Below, one piece after another: positions 25,531 to 38,470 of a stretch of DNA of 64,000 bases. The notes below the pieces were generated by a model that was given only the letters and a program-made list of their open reading frames with translations, had not been told where the DNA came from and searched no databases. How positions within the stretch are numbered: position 1 is the first letter of the stretch; the number at the start of each line of letters is the position of its first letter. This DNA is from Takakia lepidozioides (taxonomy: Eukaryota > Plantae > Bryophyta), in NCBI GenBank assembly GCA_030704615.1, contig CM060734.1, positions 34,038,001 through 34,102,000 of the forward strand, written 5' to 3'. The translations under genes and the position numbers were made by a program.

Positions 25531-28500
25531 CTATGATGGGCTGTGATAGGTTGTGTCACACTGTGATGGGTTGTGATAGCTATGCGAACACCTGTACTTC
25601 CCGCCCTGGTCATACACGCTCGGCTTAGCGACAAGTGCTCCGCACTCCGTTGGTATCACTGGCGCAGCCCGTGACTGTTTTTGTGTTTCAACATGCAAAT
25701 CGTGCTGCAATGGTTTGTCATGGATACCACTGTATCCCTTCAACTTATTGGCATTGACTCTTCCCAGCATTTCTTTGTTAATGGTTTGTAACATGGCGGT
25801 GTTATTATCATACATCTTCTGTATGACATAAGGTCTTTTCCATGGTGATTTAAGCTTAGAAGCTTTAATCTTCCCCTTCTTCTGCAACCATAGTACCAAA
25901 TCTCCCGTCTTAAAAGTCTTTAATTTACCTTCATCAAACTGATCATTCTTCTTCATCTGAATTCTGGTCATGTTATCAGCACGTACTTCTTCCACATGGT
26001 ATAATTCATGTTTCTTGATCTTAATTGAATCTTCCAATTCCATTCTCCTTCCCCATTCAGTTCTCATGGTAGTAAAGCTTCCATACCATAAACTAATTGG
26101 AATGGTGTATACTTAGTGGTGACTTTATATGAAGTCTTGTATGACCACAAAGCTGTCAGCAGCTTTGTATCTCAATCTGTTCTGTTTGCATTGACTATCT
26201 TAGCCAAGATAGTACATAGTATTTTGTTGGTAGCCTCTGCCTGCCCATTACCCTGTGGGTAATAAGTTGTACTCTTCCTATGCACAATCATGAACTCTTT
26301 AGTCAATAGTTCTATGGTCTCATTAATGAAGTGACTTCCCAGGGGACAGCCAAATCGTGTAAGTATGTTCTCATACAAGAACCTTGCTGTGGACTTAGCT
26401 GTGTTGTCCCTCAGAGCTTTAGCTTCCACCCACTTTGTAGTATAATCAGTGGCTGTGATTATATATTTGTTCTGTGTATTCTTGGCTGGTGGGTTAATTG
26501 GTCCAACAAAGTCTAGTCCCCATTTCTGAAATGGTTCAGTAGGCATCGTAAGATGCAAAGCCATCTTCCCATATCTCTGCAATGGTCCTAGCCTCTGACA
26601 CTCATCACAACTCTTACAATACTTGTGGACATCCTTGAACAAAGTAGGCCACCAGTAACCTGCAAGTAGTATCTTTCTACTGGTAGTCTCTTCTCCAAAA
26701 TAACCTCCAGCCACTCCTTTATGAATTTCCTCCAAAACTATATTTACTTCATGGTGGTACAAGCATCGTTTAAGAACTCCATCAGGTCCTAGCTTATACA
26801 TTCTGCCCCCTACCATAGTATAAGGTAAAGCCTTGATAGCGATTCTCTTCCTCTGTTCCTTTCCATAACTAGGTGGGCACTGACCATGAGTAAGGTAGTA
26901 TCTGATTGGCCACTGCCAATCTAACCAGTCATCTGCACTTCCTTGCACCTCCACCGCAAATAAACTCGCATCAGGTAATTGGTCGTCTACTCCTGTGGCG
27001 GGCTCTCCTGTTGATAGACGTGACAAGTGATCTGCCACAAGATGCAAACGGCCAGGCTTGTAAACAACTTCGAACTCAAACTCGTGCAAGATTATTAACC
27101 ACCTTGCTATCATTCCACTTATCAAAGGTTTGTTCACCAGATATATCAGAGCCTGGTAATCCACATAAAACATAAACTTCCAACCCAATAGGTAATGCCT
27201 GAATTTCTTAACTACATATATCATTGCCAGTGCTTCTCTTTCGGTTGTGCTATAGTTCCTTTCAGCACTGTTCATCAACCTGCTAGCATAGTACATAGGT
27301 GAATCTATATTTCTTGTAATATTTTGGGCTAACACTGCTCCCAACGCTTCTCGTGAGGCATCACAGTGAACATGAAATACTACATGCCAGTGAGGGTTAA
27401 TCAGCACAGGTGTAGTTGTTACTGACAATGTAAGTTCCTCAAAAGCCTGTTGACATTCAGCTGTCCATGCAAACACTGCATCTTTCTTCAGAAGCTTGCT
27501 CAATGGTGCTGCTACCTGTGCATACCGTCTGACAAATCATAGGTAATAACTGGTTTGTCCAAGGAATCTCCTTAGACTCTTAACATTTACTGGTGGTGGA
27601 GAGACTTTAATGGCCTCTGTATTTCTGGGATCCACAAGCAGTCCCCTCTTACACACAATGTGTCCCAAAAGCACTCTTGAGTTCACACAGAAAGTACACT
27701 TCTCTGGATTCAGGCCCAAACCTCTCATCCTGCATCTGGCCAAACATAACTCCAATTTATGCAAGTGATCATTCTTAGAGCTGTACACATTGAAATCATC
27801 CAAGAACACCTGCATGAAATCATCCAGATACTCATGGAACGATTCACTTATCACTCTCTGAAAGGTTGCTGGTGCATTACAAAGTCCAAAAGACATAACT
27901 TTGTATGCATAAGCACCCCAGTCTGTGATGAAAGTTGTCTTTCCCTGGTCTTCTTCTACCACTTGCACTTGATTATAACCACTGAAGCCATCCATGAATG
28001 AGTACATCTCATGGCCTGCCACGGTGTCCAATACCGCTTCTGTGAATGGCAAAGGGAAAGGATCTTTCATCGTACAAGCATTCAACTTCTTATAGTTCAC
28101 ACAAACTCTCAGTTTACCATTCTTCTTGGGAACTATCACAATGGGTGACAACCAAGTTGTATACTCTATCGGGTATATAAACTTAGCCTCAGCCAACTTC
28201 TTGATCTCTTCTCCAACCTTCTGTGCATAGTTGGGATTCATTCTGTACCTTGCATGTTTGATTGGTACTGACCCTGGTTCCAGTTCAATCTTATGCTGAC
28301 AGATCTCAGGTGGTATCCCTTTCAGATCCTCATAGCTCCAAGCAAATACATCTCTGTATTTGATGAACAGACTCTTAGCTTCCTCAAAGAATTCTGGCTC
28401 CAAATCAGCCCCTACCTTCACCATCCTCGGTTCCCCTTCAGTTCCCACATTCACTTCTCTCACCTGCTCATCAGCTGTGATTGTCCATCCAGTCACCACT

Positions 28501-29230
28501 TCATCCTGTAAACTCACAGTGGCTGGTTCCTCTAGGATTTCCATTTCTCCCTCTTTTTCTTCATAGAAATGTGGTGGGTAACTGCTTGTTTCACCCTCAA
28601 TTGGTGTTGCTATCACTACACCACAACAGATACCTTTTAAACAACTTAGGCCTTCCAGTTGCATCTCTACAACCTGCTCCCACTCTGGGTGTGCAGCGAA
28701 TAAGGTAGCTTCCTGCTCCTCATCAAGTCCTCCCCTCCAGTCATACTCCCTGACCCCTCGAGGTCTTCTTGTAGCAGGTAGTCTACTAGATTTCCTAGTG
28801 GTGATTGTATCTTGTGCATCCCATCATGCACAGTTAGTAACTAGGAATTCCAGTCATGGAATACCCTGGCCTGTTTCAGCCACGGTCGACCCAGCAATAA
28901 GGAGTAAGCTTCCATAACTTCATCCATTTTCAACACAGTTACTGTGATCATAAAGATCATCTTTTGAATCTGTATCTTAACTCCTCTTATCAATCCCAAT
29001 GGCTGTACACTTCTTTGATCTGCCATTGTTACTGTAAATGGGGCTGGTTTCATGTTACTTAGACCAAGCTTCTGCCTTAATTGGTCTATCATGATATTCA
29101 CTCCAGAGCCTCCATCTATCAGTACATCAGTTAGTTCTGTGCTTCCAATTCTCAATTGGATTATTGGCATAGAATCATCAAAGTCCATGACTGTTTCTCG
29201 CCCTTCCGGCTTCACATTATAACTGGTCAC
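25531..29230 (-). pseudogene. pol (PR-RT-RH-IN) of copy A
   Basis: ORFs 28841..29230 (PR), 27537..28664 (RT), 26172..27503 (RH-IN), 25531..26067 (IN C-terminus). Confidence 0.95.
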
Positions 29231-31650
29231 CTGCTGTTCAGGTCTGTGTTCCCTGTCACATGGGCAATCTGATTGATTGCTTGATACAGCCTGTGCCTAC
29301 AATAAGGTGCCACAGCCAATAGTTGTCCAATGGTAATCTCCGCTTTGGACTGGCATATTACTTCAGCCAAAGTCATTTCATTACTCTGCATTTCTGCAGC
29401 TTCTTTCTTCCCTTCATCCTCACTCACTTCCTCTTTTTTTCAGAATCAGAGGAATCTGCCATAGGAATATCAGTACTCTTCAGCATTTCCCCTATGGTAT
29501 CAGTTCCTTCTCATCTCTCCAAGCCTCATCATCTTCAGGCACATCACTGCCATCTTCATTATCATCACCTTCCTCATCTACTGGAGGTATTAATTTAGCT
29601 TTGCTTCTGGTTACTATCATTGTACTTACTTTTGGTACAACACATGGCCTAACCATGTGAGCTGCCACCACTGGCCCCTCATTCACAGGAGCTCTCATCT
29701 CATTCTGGTGTCTGATCCAGAATGCGATGTCCTGCCTTATTACAATAGTAACACAGTTCTTCCCCATTAGGTCCTCGCCCTTGGTCTGTTCTGGGATTGT
29801 TTCTGTAATCCTGATTCCCTGGCTGGTAATTCCCCCTTGGATTACCCTGATAGTTGCCTCTGGAATTTCCTTGGTAATTCCCTCTTGGATTACCTCTCCC
29901 TTCCATGCCATTGTTATAACCACCAGGCCTACCATAGTGGTCATGATCACTGTTTCTTCTTGGTTGGGGCTGCACTTGATGCACCCATACTTGCCTAGGT
30001 TCTCTTGCAGCTGTCCTTCTGTTGTAGTAACAATTCTTAGTAGAATGGTTATCCATTTTACAGATAGTACAGTGTTTCTCCTTCATGTGGCATTCAGTGG
30101 TGGTATGGCCTTCATTCTGGCATTTTGCACACCAAACACCCTTCCTCCAATGTGTTGCAGCCTCTGTGGCATACTTCTTCAAGATTTCTTCTAATCTTTT
30201 CTCATAGTTATCCCTCTTCAACTTTTCCTTCCTCTTACTCTTCCTCTTAAGCTCTTGCTCTTCTTCCTCATCTGACTCATCCTCAGAGTCCTCATCATCC
30301 TTTTTCTCTCTCCTGAGCATTCACAATTGCTCAATTCTGTTCGCTGTTTCAAATGCCTCTTCCACTGTATTATGGGGTAACATATCCACTTTCTTTTTCA
30401 ACTCTGGTCTTAGTCCACTCACAAACCAAGTCTTCTGTAAACTTGGTGCTGGTACAGCAGCCAGCTTTTTCATCATCAATTCCATTTTTTCCATATACTC
30501 CTCAACAGTTTCATGCTTCTTTTGCTTTAACTATTGTAAACTTCCATACACTTCATCCTCAGTTTTACTTGTCCTGAACCTATTTCGGAATGTTGTATTC
30601 AAGCCATTCCTGGTTAGGAAATGATTATCAGGGAATCTTGCATACCATTCACTTGCTTTCTTTATAAGTGAACAAGGAAAAAGTCTCATCTTGGCATCAT
30701 CGCCATTCTCATTGTTCACAATACACATGTGCTCAAATTGGCTAACGTGTACATCAGGATCCCCTTTTCCTGAATATATTGGAAAATATGGTTTTGCCCG
30801 TGTTGGTTGTAACGCCATCTGTGGCCCTACCCCCTGCCCACTGATAGGTGTTGGCCCCCTTGCTGATGCTGGTCCTTGAGGACCTGTTGTAGTTGTGGTG
30901 GAACTTCCACCAAGTGCTGGCCCCTGTGCACTCTCTGCTACTGGCCCCACTCTATTCACAGTATTCCCAGCTCCAATTGCACTACTTCCCACACTCCCTG
31001 TCCCCCAGAGCCAGATCCAGGCTGCCCGCCTGATCCCCCTGAGCCGACACCTTCGTTGGCATGTGATCCAAGTGCTCCACTTGATCCAGGTTCAACGGGT
31101 TGGGATGTCCTAGTTGTAGTCTCAACCTCAGCTGTTGGGTCTACTTCTTCATACTCTTCCTCTTCCAATTTCTTCTCTTTGTTTTCATCTTCCAAGTTCT
31201 GCCCTTGGGTTTCTTCTTCTTCACTCATGTAACTCAATTGCAATGGTGTTGGAGAGTCTGAACTCTCCGTTGGCTCTGCCACATCCTCTCCTCCTTCTTC
31301 GTCTTCCGTTTCAGAAACTGGAGTTCCTGCTTTTGGTGTTCCATGCCAACTCTTATCAAAGATTCTGTCAAATCTTTTATCCAGGGATGTACCTCAGATC
31401 TTTCACCTCGTGGTTGATCTTCTTCCTGTACCAATTCCCTTAATCTTTCTTGCAAAGAAAAAGAAGGGGTGGCATCCAACTCTAGTTCTTCCGGTATGGG
31501 TGATGTACTCTCTGATCTTAATGGTGTGAGAGGTCCAGATGATTCCCCTATGTCTATTCCTCTCTCCCAAAGATATAGATAATTAGCTTTCAGATAACTT
31601 TCTCTTTTTGCTGAATATCTCTGGAGTCTAGCTTCTCTTTCATCACTCAT
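29230..31650 (-). pseudogene. gag of copy A
   Basis: Capsid-like FPIYSGKGDPDVHVSQFE...LFPCSL..KASEWY; knuckles CAKCQNEGHTTTEC, CTICKMDNHSTKNC, CYYCNKAGH. Confidence 0.9.
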
Positions 31651-31670
31651 GTCCCATGTCTTTCATTTCT

Positions 31671-32366
31671 TTAATGTGGCAATAACCAAAACTCTCTTCT
31701 GTAGTATCTCTCGTATATGCCTGGGTTTCTTTCAAGCTTCAATGCACCCTTGGCTATACTAGAAGTTTCCATTACCATATAACCATATGGCAAACAAGTA
31801 TGAAAAGCCGTTCTTGGTGTGAGTTTGATCCACAGAATATCCTTTGGAATCCAATTCTTTACCAGTACAAGCTCCTCACGCATATGAGTATAAACATTCA
31901 CCTTCCTTTCCTCCCAGCCTTCAAACTCTACTCGCTTAATGGATAGCAATGCTATCACATAAACCAGTGTTGGTAACCAATGTGCTCTTCCTCTACAGGC
32001 CACCTGATAAATCTTTATCACTCCTTTCTCCAGACCCCACTCAGGATCAGCATCATGTACTCTCTTAAGAATGTTTTCCTTACAACCGTCTGGCAATTCC
32101 AAGAACCTCTGAAAGAATTGTTTGGACAATCTTTCCTTCTCAGTTCCACAGCGAATTTGATTCACATCAAATTCTTTAATTCTCCAACCACCATGATCCC
32201 ACCAGATGCCTGTCACATCTTGTTGTTCATGACCCAGTTCCCCAGTATGGTCGCCAAATGTCGAGCGGTTTTTACTCACCCATCCCTTCGCTATCCGAGG
32301 TGGAAACTCCAAGATAGAAGAGTTGGATATCTCTAAGCACTCAGCCCGCTCAGAACAATCAGTCAT
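31671..32366 (-). CDS. 231-aa ORF of unknown function upstream of gag, starting inside the LTR
   Basis: Open frame from ATG 32366 across LTR end and PBS, stopping 20 nt before the gag ATG; homolog at 43186-43870. Confidence 0.6.
   Translation of the reverse strand: MTDCSERAECLEISNSSILEFPPRIAKGWVSKNRSTFGDHTGELGHEQQDVTGIWWDHGGWRIKEFDVNQIRCGTEKERLSKQFFQRFLELPDGCKENILKRVHDADPEWGLEKGVIKIYQVACRGRAHWLPTLVYVIALLSIKRVEFEGWEERKVNVYTHMREELVLVKNWIPKDILWIKLTPRTAFHTCLPYGYMVMETSSIAKGALKLERNPGIYERYYRREFWLLPH
32239..32256 (-). other. Primer binding site (tRNA-Arg-like)
   Basis: TGGCGACCATACTGGGGA two nt after the LTR-terminal CA; identical at 43296-43313; tRNA identity is a best guess. Confidence 0.8.
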
Positions 32367-33266
32367 GACCTGCAGCTAGTGAATCATGGTTGTGCTTCCT
32401 ATTTGTATTCCTTCCTGCCTTAATGTTATCAATTTTCCTTACCGTATATACTGAAACATCATATTGCTTCAGTAACTATCAGGTTCCATTCACTCATCCA
32501 TTCATTCCATGGCTTCACTCATGTCTTTCTACATAGTGTGATTGTATCGAATAAATATCAGATTAAGATTTATCAGGTATCAGGCCAATGCCATGGTGTC
32601 CCTAATCTGCCCTACTGTATGATTCTGCAGCTTGCATGAAGTAAGCCTCATTCAAGTCATCATCTCATCTTCACTGTTTTCGCTCTCCGTTACGTCTTCT
32701 CCTCTCCTCAACAAGTCGCCCTCCTCCAGAAGTGATCCCCTTCCTGTTGCCGCTCTGCCTAATCTACCCGCAAGTTGTTCTAACCACCTAACCAACTAAC
32801 CTTCACCCCTGAAGTAACACGTTCCCTCTTCAGATGTCGTTCCCTGTCAATGATAATTGTTCCCTATGAACTGTGACAGGCTGTGTCAGGCTATGCTGAG
32901 GTGTGACTGGCTGTGTAAAGCTGTGTCAGGCTGTGACTGGCTGTGCGAAGCTGTGTCGGGCTGTTTCCGACTGTGTCTGGCTGTGATAGACTGTGACGGG
33001 CTGTGTAAAGCTGTGTCGGGCTGTGACTGGCTGTGCGAAGCTGTGTCGGGCTGTGTCAGACTGTGTGTGGCTGTGATAGACTGTGACGGGCTGTGTGAAG
33101 CTGTGTCGGGCTATGACTGGCTGTGCAAAGCTATGTCGGGCTGTGTAACCCCCCTAAAGCCTGCTCCTACCACCCATAAGGCTCCTGTTGGTCTCAGTCT
33201 CCGCAAAAATTAAGCGTACCCCACAGAACCCATAAAAGCGTCTAAGTCCCAAGCAGCCCTCTAACA
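32259..33266 (-). repeat. 5' LTR of copy A (1008 bp)
   Basis: TGTTAGAGGG...GCTCGACA termini; homologous to 42365-43293; contains a 10-bp-period CTGTG array (32871-33146). Confidence 0.92.
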
Positions 33267-36200
33267 AAGACCAGGGAAAGACAGCTTTCATCACAGACTG
33301 GGGTGCTTATACATACAAAGTCATGCCTTTTGGACTTTGTAATGCACCAGCAACTTTTCAGAGAGTGATAAGTGAATCGTTCCATGAGTATCTGGATGAT
33401 TTCATGCAGGTGTTCTTAGACGACTTTAGTGTGTACAGCTCTAAGAATGAGCACTTGCATAAATTGGAGTTATGTTTGGCCAGATGCAGAATGAGAGGTC
33501 TGGGCCTGAATCTAGAGAAGTATACTTTCTGTGTGAACTCAGGGGTGCTTTGGGACACATTGTGTGTAAGATGGGACTTCTTGTGGATCCCAAAAAGACA
33601 GAGGCCATTAAAGCCTCTCCACCACCAGTAAATGTTAAGAGTCTAAGGAGATTCCTTAGACAAACTAGTTATTATAGAAGATTTGTCAGACGGTATGCAT
33701 AGATAGCAGCATCATTGAGCAAGCTTCTGAAGAAAGATGCAGTGTTTGCATGGACAGCTGAATGTCAACAGGCTTTTGAGGAACTTACATTGTCAGTAAC
33801 AACTACACCTGTGCTGATTAACCCTCACTGGCATGTAGTATTTCATGTTCACTGTGATGCCTCACGAGAAGCGTTGGGAGCAGTGTTAGCCCAAAATGTT
33901 ACAGGAAACATAGATTCACCTATGTACTATGCTAGCAGGTTGATGAACAGTGCTGAAAAGAACTATAGCACAACTGAAACAGAAGCACTGACAATGATTT
34001 ATGCAGTCAATAAATTCAGACATTACCTATTGGGAATGAAGTTTATGTTTTATGTGGATTATCAGGCTCTGATTTATTTGGTGAACAAGCCTTTGATAAG
34101 TGGAAGGATAGCAAGATGGTTAATAATCATGCACGAGTTTGAGTTTGAAGTTGTTTACAAGCCTGGCCGTTTGCATCTTGTGGCAGATCACTTGTCACGT
34201 CTATCAACAGGAGAGCCCGTTACAGGGGTAGACGACCAACTACCTGATGCGAGTTTATTTGCGGTGGAGGTGCAGGGAAGTGCAGATGACTGGTTAGATT
34301 GGCAGTGGCCAATCAGATACTACCTTACTCATGGTCAGTGCCCACCTACTTATGGAAAGGAACAGAGGAAAAGAATCGTTATCAAGGCTTTACCTTGTAC
34401 TATGGTAGGGGGCAGAATGTATAAGCTAGGACCTGATGGAGTACTTAAACGATGCTTGTACCACCATGAAGTAAATAACGTTTTGGAAGAAGTTCATAAA
34501 AGAGTGGCTAGAGGTCATTTTGGAGAAGAGACTACCAGTAGAAAGATACTACTTGCAGGTTACTGGTGGCCTACTTTGTTCAAGGATGTACACAAGTATT
34601 GTAAGAGTTGTGATGAGTGTCAGAGGCTAGGACCATTACAGAGATCTGGGAAGATGGCTTTGCATCCTACGATGCCTACTGAACCATTTCTGAAATGGGG
34701 ACTAGACTTTGTTGGACCAATTAACCCACCTGCCAAGAATACACAGAACAAGTATATAGCCACTGATTATACTACAAAGTGGGTAGAAGGTAAAGCTCTG
34801 AGGGACAACACATCTAAGTCCACAGCAAGGTTCCTGTATGAGATCATACTTACAAGATTTGGTTGTCCCCTGGAATTTATCAGTGATCCGGGAAGTCACT
34901 TCATTAATGAGACCATAGAACTATTGACTAAAGAGTTCATGATTGTGCATAGGAAGAGTACAACCTATTACCCACAGGGTAATGGGCAGGCAGAGGCCAC
35001 CAACAAAATACTATGTATTATCTTGGCTAAGATAGTCAATGCAAACAGAACAGATTGGGATACAAAGCTTCTGACAGCTCTGTGGTCATACAGAACTTCA
35101 TATAAAGTCACAACCAAGTATACACCATTCCAATTAGTTGATGGTATGGAAGCTTTACTTCAAGTGGAGTTCTTGTTACCTACCATGAGAACTGAATGGG
35201 GAAGGAAAATGGAATTGGAGGATTCAATTAAAGTCAGGAAACATGAATTATATCATGTGGAAGAAATATGTGCTGATGCAGCAGATAACATGACCAGAAT
35301 TCAGATGAAAAGGAAGGATCAATTTGATGAAGGTAAACTGAAAACTTTTAAGACGGGTGATTTGGTTTTGTGGTTGCAGAAGAAGGGGAAAATTAAGGCT
35401 TCTAAGCTTTAGTCACCATGGAAAGTCATACAGAAGATGTATGATAACAACACCGCCATGTTACAAACCATTAACAAAGAGATGTTGGGAAGAGTCAATG
35501 CCAATAAGTTGAAAGGATATAGTGGTATCCACAACAAACTATTGCAACACGATTTGCATATTGAAACACAGACACAATCACAGGCTGCACCGGTAATACC
35601 AATGGAGCATGAAGCACTTGTCGTAAAGCCGAATGTGTATGGCTTGAGCGGAGAACACGGGTGTTCGCACAGTTATCACAGCCCACCACAACATCACACA
35701 GCCTATCACAGCCCATCACAGTGTCACGCAGCCTATCACAGTCCACCACAGTTAGACACAGCCTGTCACAGCCCAACACAGCCCATGCGAGTTACACAGT
35801 CCATAGGATCAGTGACAGGTGGACGCGGGTTAACGTCAGAAAAACGGCCGTCAAGTGAAAGAGAAGTTTGGAAGTCAAACTTGGAGAATGTGCCACGCAA
35901 ACAGGGGAAGTCGGAGGCATGTCTAAAAACGAACACGTGGTCACTAGGGCGAAGCACACCGCTGTGCATAAATTGCAGAAGTGGGTATCATCATGCAAGA
36001 GAACAAATCGGGCCGTCAAAGTACCTACCCGGTACATCAGCCAAAACTATTTGTGGGCCCATTAATGCATTCGGGGCAGGGGTAACGGAACCCTTTCTGA
36101 GTACAGAAAAGAGGGATTTTTACCACATGTGCTGTCCTACTGGACATTCCAGGTGGGAATGTCCACGGAGGGGGGTAGAATTAAAAAGTTACCTAAGCAG

Positions 36201-38419
36201 GCAACAGCCAATCAGGAGCGAGAATTTCATGCAGGTGGTTCCCTCCAAGAAACAAGAACAAGAAATTGGAAGAGTTATGAGCGGAAGAGTCGGGGTGGCT
36301 CCGAATAGCCCGTGTCTCGACGGGAGGGGCAATCAAAGTTATAGCTTTGTAGCTATGGCGGATATAACGGATTACACGCTCGCTTTACTACTCACGCAGT
36401 GGCGCAAGGACGAACGAATTGAGAGTACATTCTCTCTCACTCGATACTTGCAAGCCCCACAGGCTTACACGCTGTTACCTATTCCATTCTGTGCCAACCA
36501 TACCTTTATGCTCTGTGCCCTGCAAGCTTTTCTTCAGCTGTTTCAAACAAGGCCTTTTTGTTTGGCTAGAATGAAGAGAGTGAGGGGAATGGAGGATATC
36601 AGGGTGAAGAGCAGCACGATACTGCAGAAGCAAACAATTGCTACACCGCAGGCAGTGCAGCTGCTGAGGGAGTTGCGATTGGAGGGGCTGCTACGCAAGG
36701 ACTGGTCCTTGCATCATCGGCAGTATATGCTTGAATTTCTTCAAAACTTTGAGCCTAGGACGGGAGTAACCCAGGTGAGGGGAATAGATATAGAAATTAC
36801 TCCCCAGTACCTGCAACAATTGTTCGAATTGCCATCGGGTCATGTGGATGTGGATGAGCACAGGGCAAGATTGTAGATAGGGAATCTGTTCCAAGAAGGG
36901 AGTTTCTTTCAGACTCAAGGTTACGCTTGCACCAAAGCTGAGTACCCAGGGCTCAGAGATGTTGGCCAAATACTGAATGTTCTGTTTGCCATGAAACAGA
37001 ACCAACAATATTTGAGCAGGTCATTCACAGAGGAGATACTGAAAGCCTTGCGAGGAGGGGATGTAGCTTGGGCAGAGTTAATGTACAATGGTCTGGTGGA
37101 AGAGATGAAGAGGTTACAGGGCACTGCTGCTAAGTCTCCGATCATCGTGTCTGGCCCAGTCATTGCTCAGATTATTTTTGACTCTTGCATACTTCATGCG
37201 CGAGAACGTAAGGAGATGAGAGTGTTTGAGGCAGCAACCACTGCAATGGAGGAGCAGGGTTCTTCACATAGTGAGGGTGGACTGGCAGAGCAACACCAGT
37301 CTAAGAGACAGAAGAGGGGTATGACTGTAGTGGCGGATCCACTAGCTTCAAGAAAGCCGCAAGATGATGTTTCCCAAGCTCTTGTGCAAGATGGGGCACA
37401 ACAGCACAGAGGAATGTTATTACTAAAAGCACGACCTTTGGAGAGGGAAGAAGAAGTCACTTCGGTACCACAGCCATCACAGCCAGTTGAATCGGTTGTC
37501 TCAGAGGTACCTCAGTTAGTACATGCTGTTCCACCAGAGCCTATTGCTCTGGAAAGAGAAGGGTTGGACATTCCCACTACAAAGCAGGTCGTGGCAGTAA
37601 TTGAGAAGGGTGACCTTCTCTATGAAAACTCTGGCTTGGTCAGGGAGTTAGTGGTACCAGAGGTGCAGAGTCTGTCCAGGGAAATCCCTGCTGTGCATGT
37701 AATACCCACACCTGTGACGGAGGTACGAGGGGTAGAATATAAGGACACTGCAGCACCTGTGGAGGATGAGGTGGTTCAGGAAGAGGATCTGGTGGGGCAA
37801 TGGCTTGAATGGTTGGTGAAGCATCACACTGTGGAGGATTAGGGAGAACAGCAACAAGTTCACCATGATGACCCCCAGCAGGGCATGCTTATGAGTTCCA
37901 TAAGCAGGACACTCAATTTGTTGGGCACTTATGTGAAATCCCATGTTCCATCTACCCAATTGGCAGCTTTGAGGGAGGAACTCAGGAAGGAGTTTGGGAC
38001 TCGAATTGCCACTGAGTGTGCTAACAAGGTAGATGAGGAGATCGATCTCAAGTTACAGCAAGAGTTGGAGGACACAAAGGTTGCCTTGCAGTTGGCTAAG
38101 GGACATTTCATTGAAGCAGGTCTCGAGCAGAACCAGGGGCTGTGACTGGCTGTGCGAAGCTCTGTCGGCTGTGTCAGACTGTGACGGACTGTGTAAAGTT
38201 GTGTCGGACTGTGAATGGCTGTGCGAAGCTGTGTCGGGCTGTGTCAGACTGTGTCTGGCTGTGATAGACTGTGACAAGCTGTCTACCCCCCCTAAAGCCT
38301 GTGCCTGCCACCCCTAAGGCTCCTGTTGGTCTCAGTCTACCATTCATAAGTCTGCGCAAAAATTAAGGGTACCCCACAGAACCCGTAAAAGCGTCCAAGT
38401 CCCAAGCAGCCCTCTAACA

Positions 38420-38437
38420 TTACCCCTCCCCCTCTCA
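38420..38437 (-). other. Polypurine tract
   Basis: GAGAGGGGGAGGGGTAA immediately before the LTR-initial TG at 38419 on the minus strand. Confidence 0.88.
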
Positions 38438-38470
38438 AAAAGCCGTGTCCTCACGGTTTACTGTTTGGGA

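Larger units (their letters stand above)
23430..33266 (-). mobile_element. Ty3/Gypsy (non-chromovirus) LTR retrotransposon copy A, 3'-truncated
   Basis: 5' LTR, PBS, extra 5' ORF, Gag with three CCHC knuckles, PR (LIDGGS), RT (FLDD), RNase H, integrase (H-H-C-C, GLDFVGP, GQAE), extra 3' ORF; many stops and frameshifts. Confidence 0.95.

Noticed and set aside
32857-33213. Cys-rich 118-aa ORF (CDWLCKAVSG repeats)
   Set aside because: Antisense translation of the LTR decamer array
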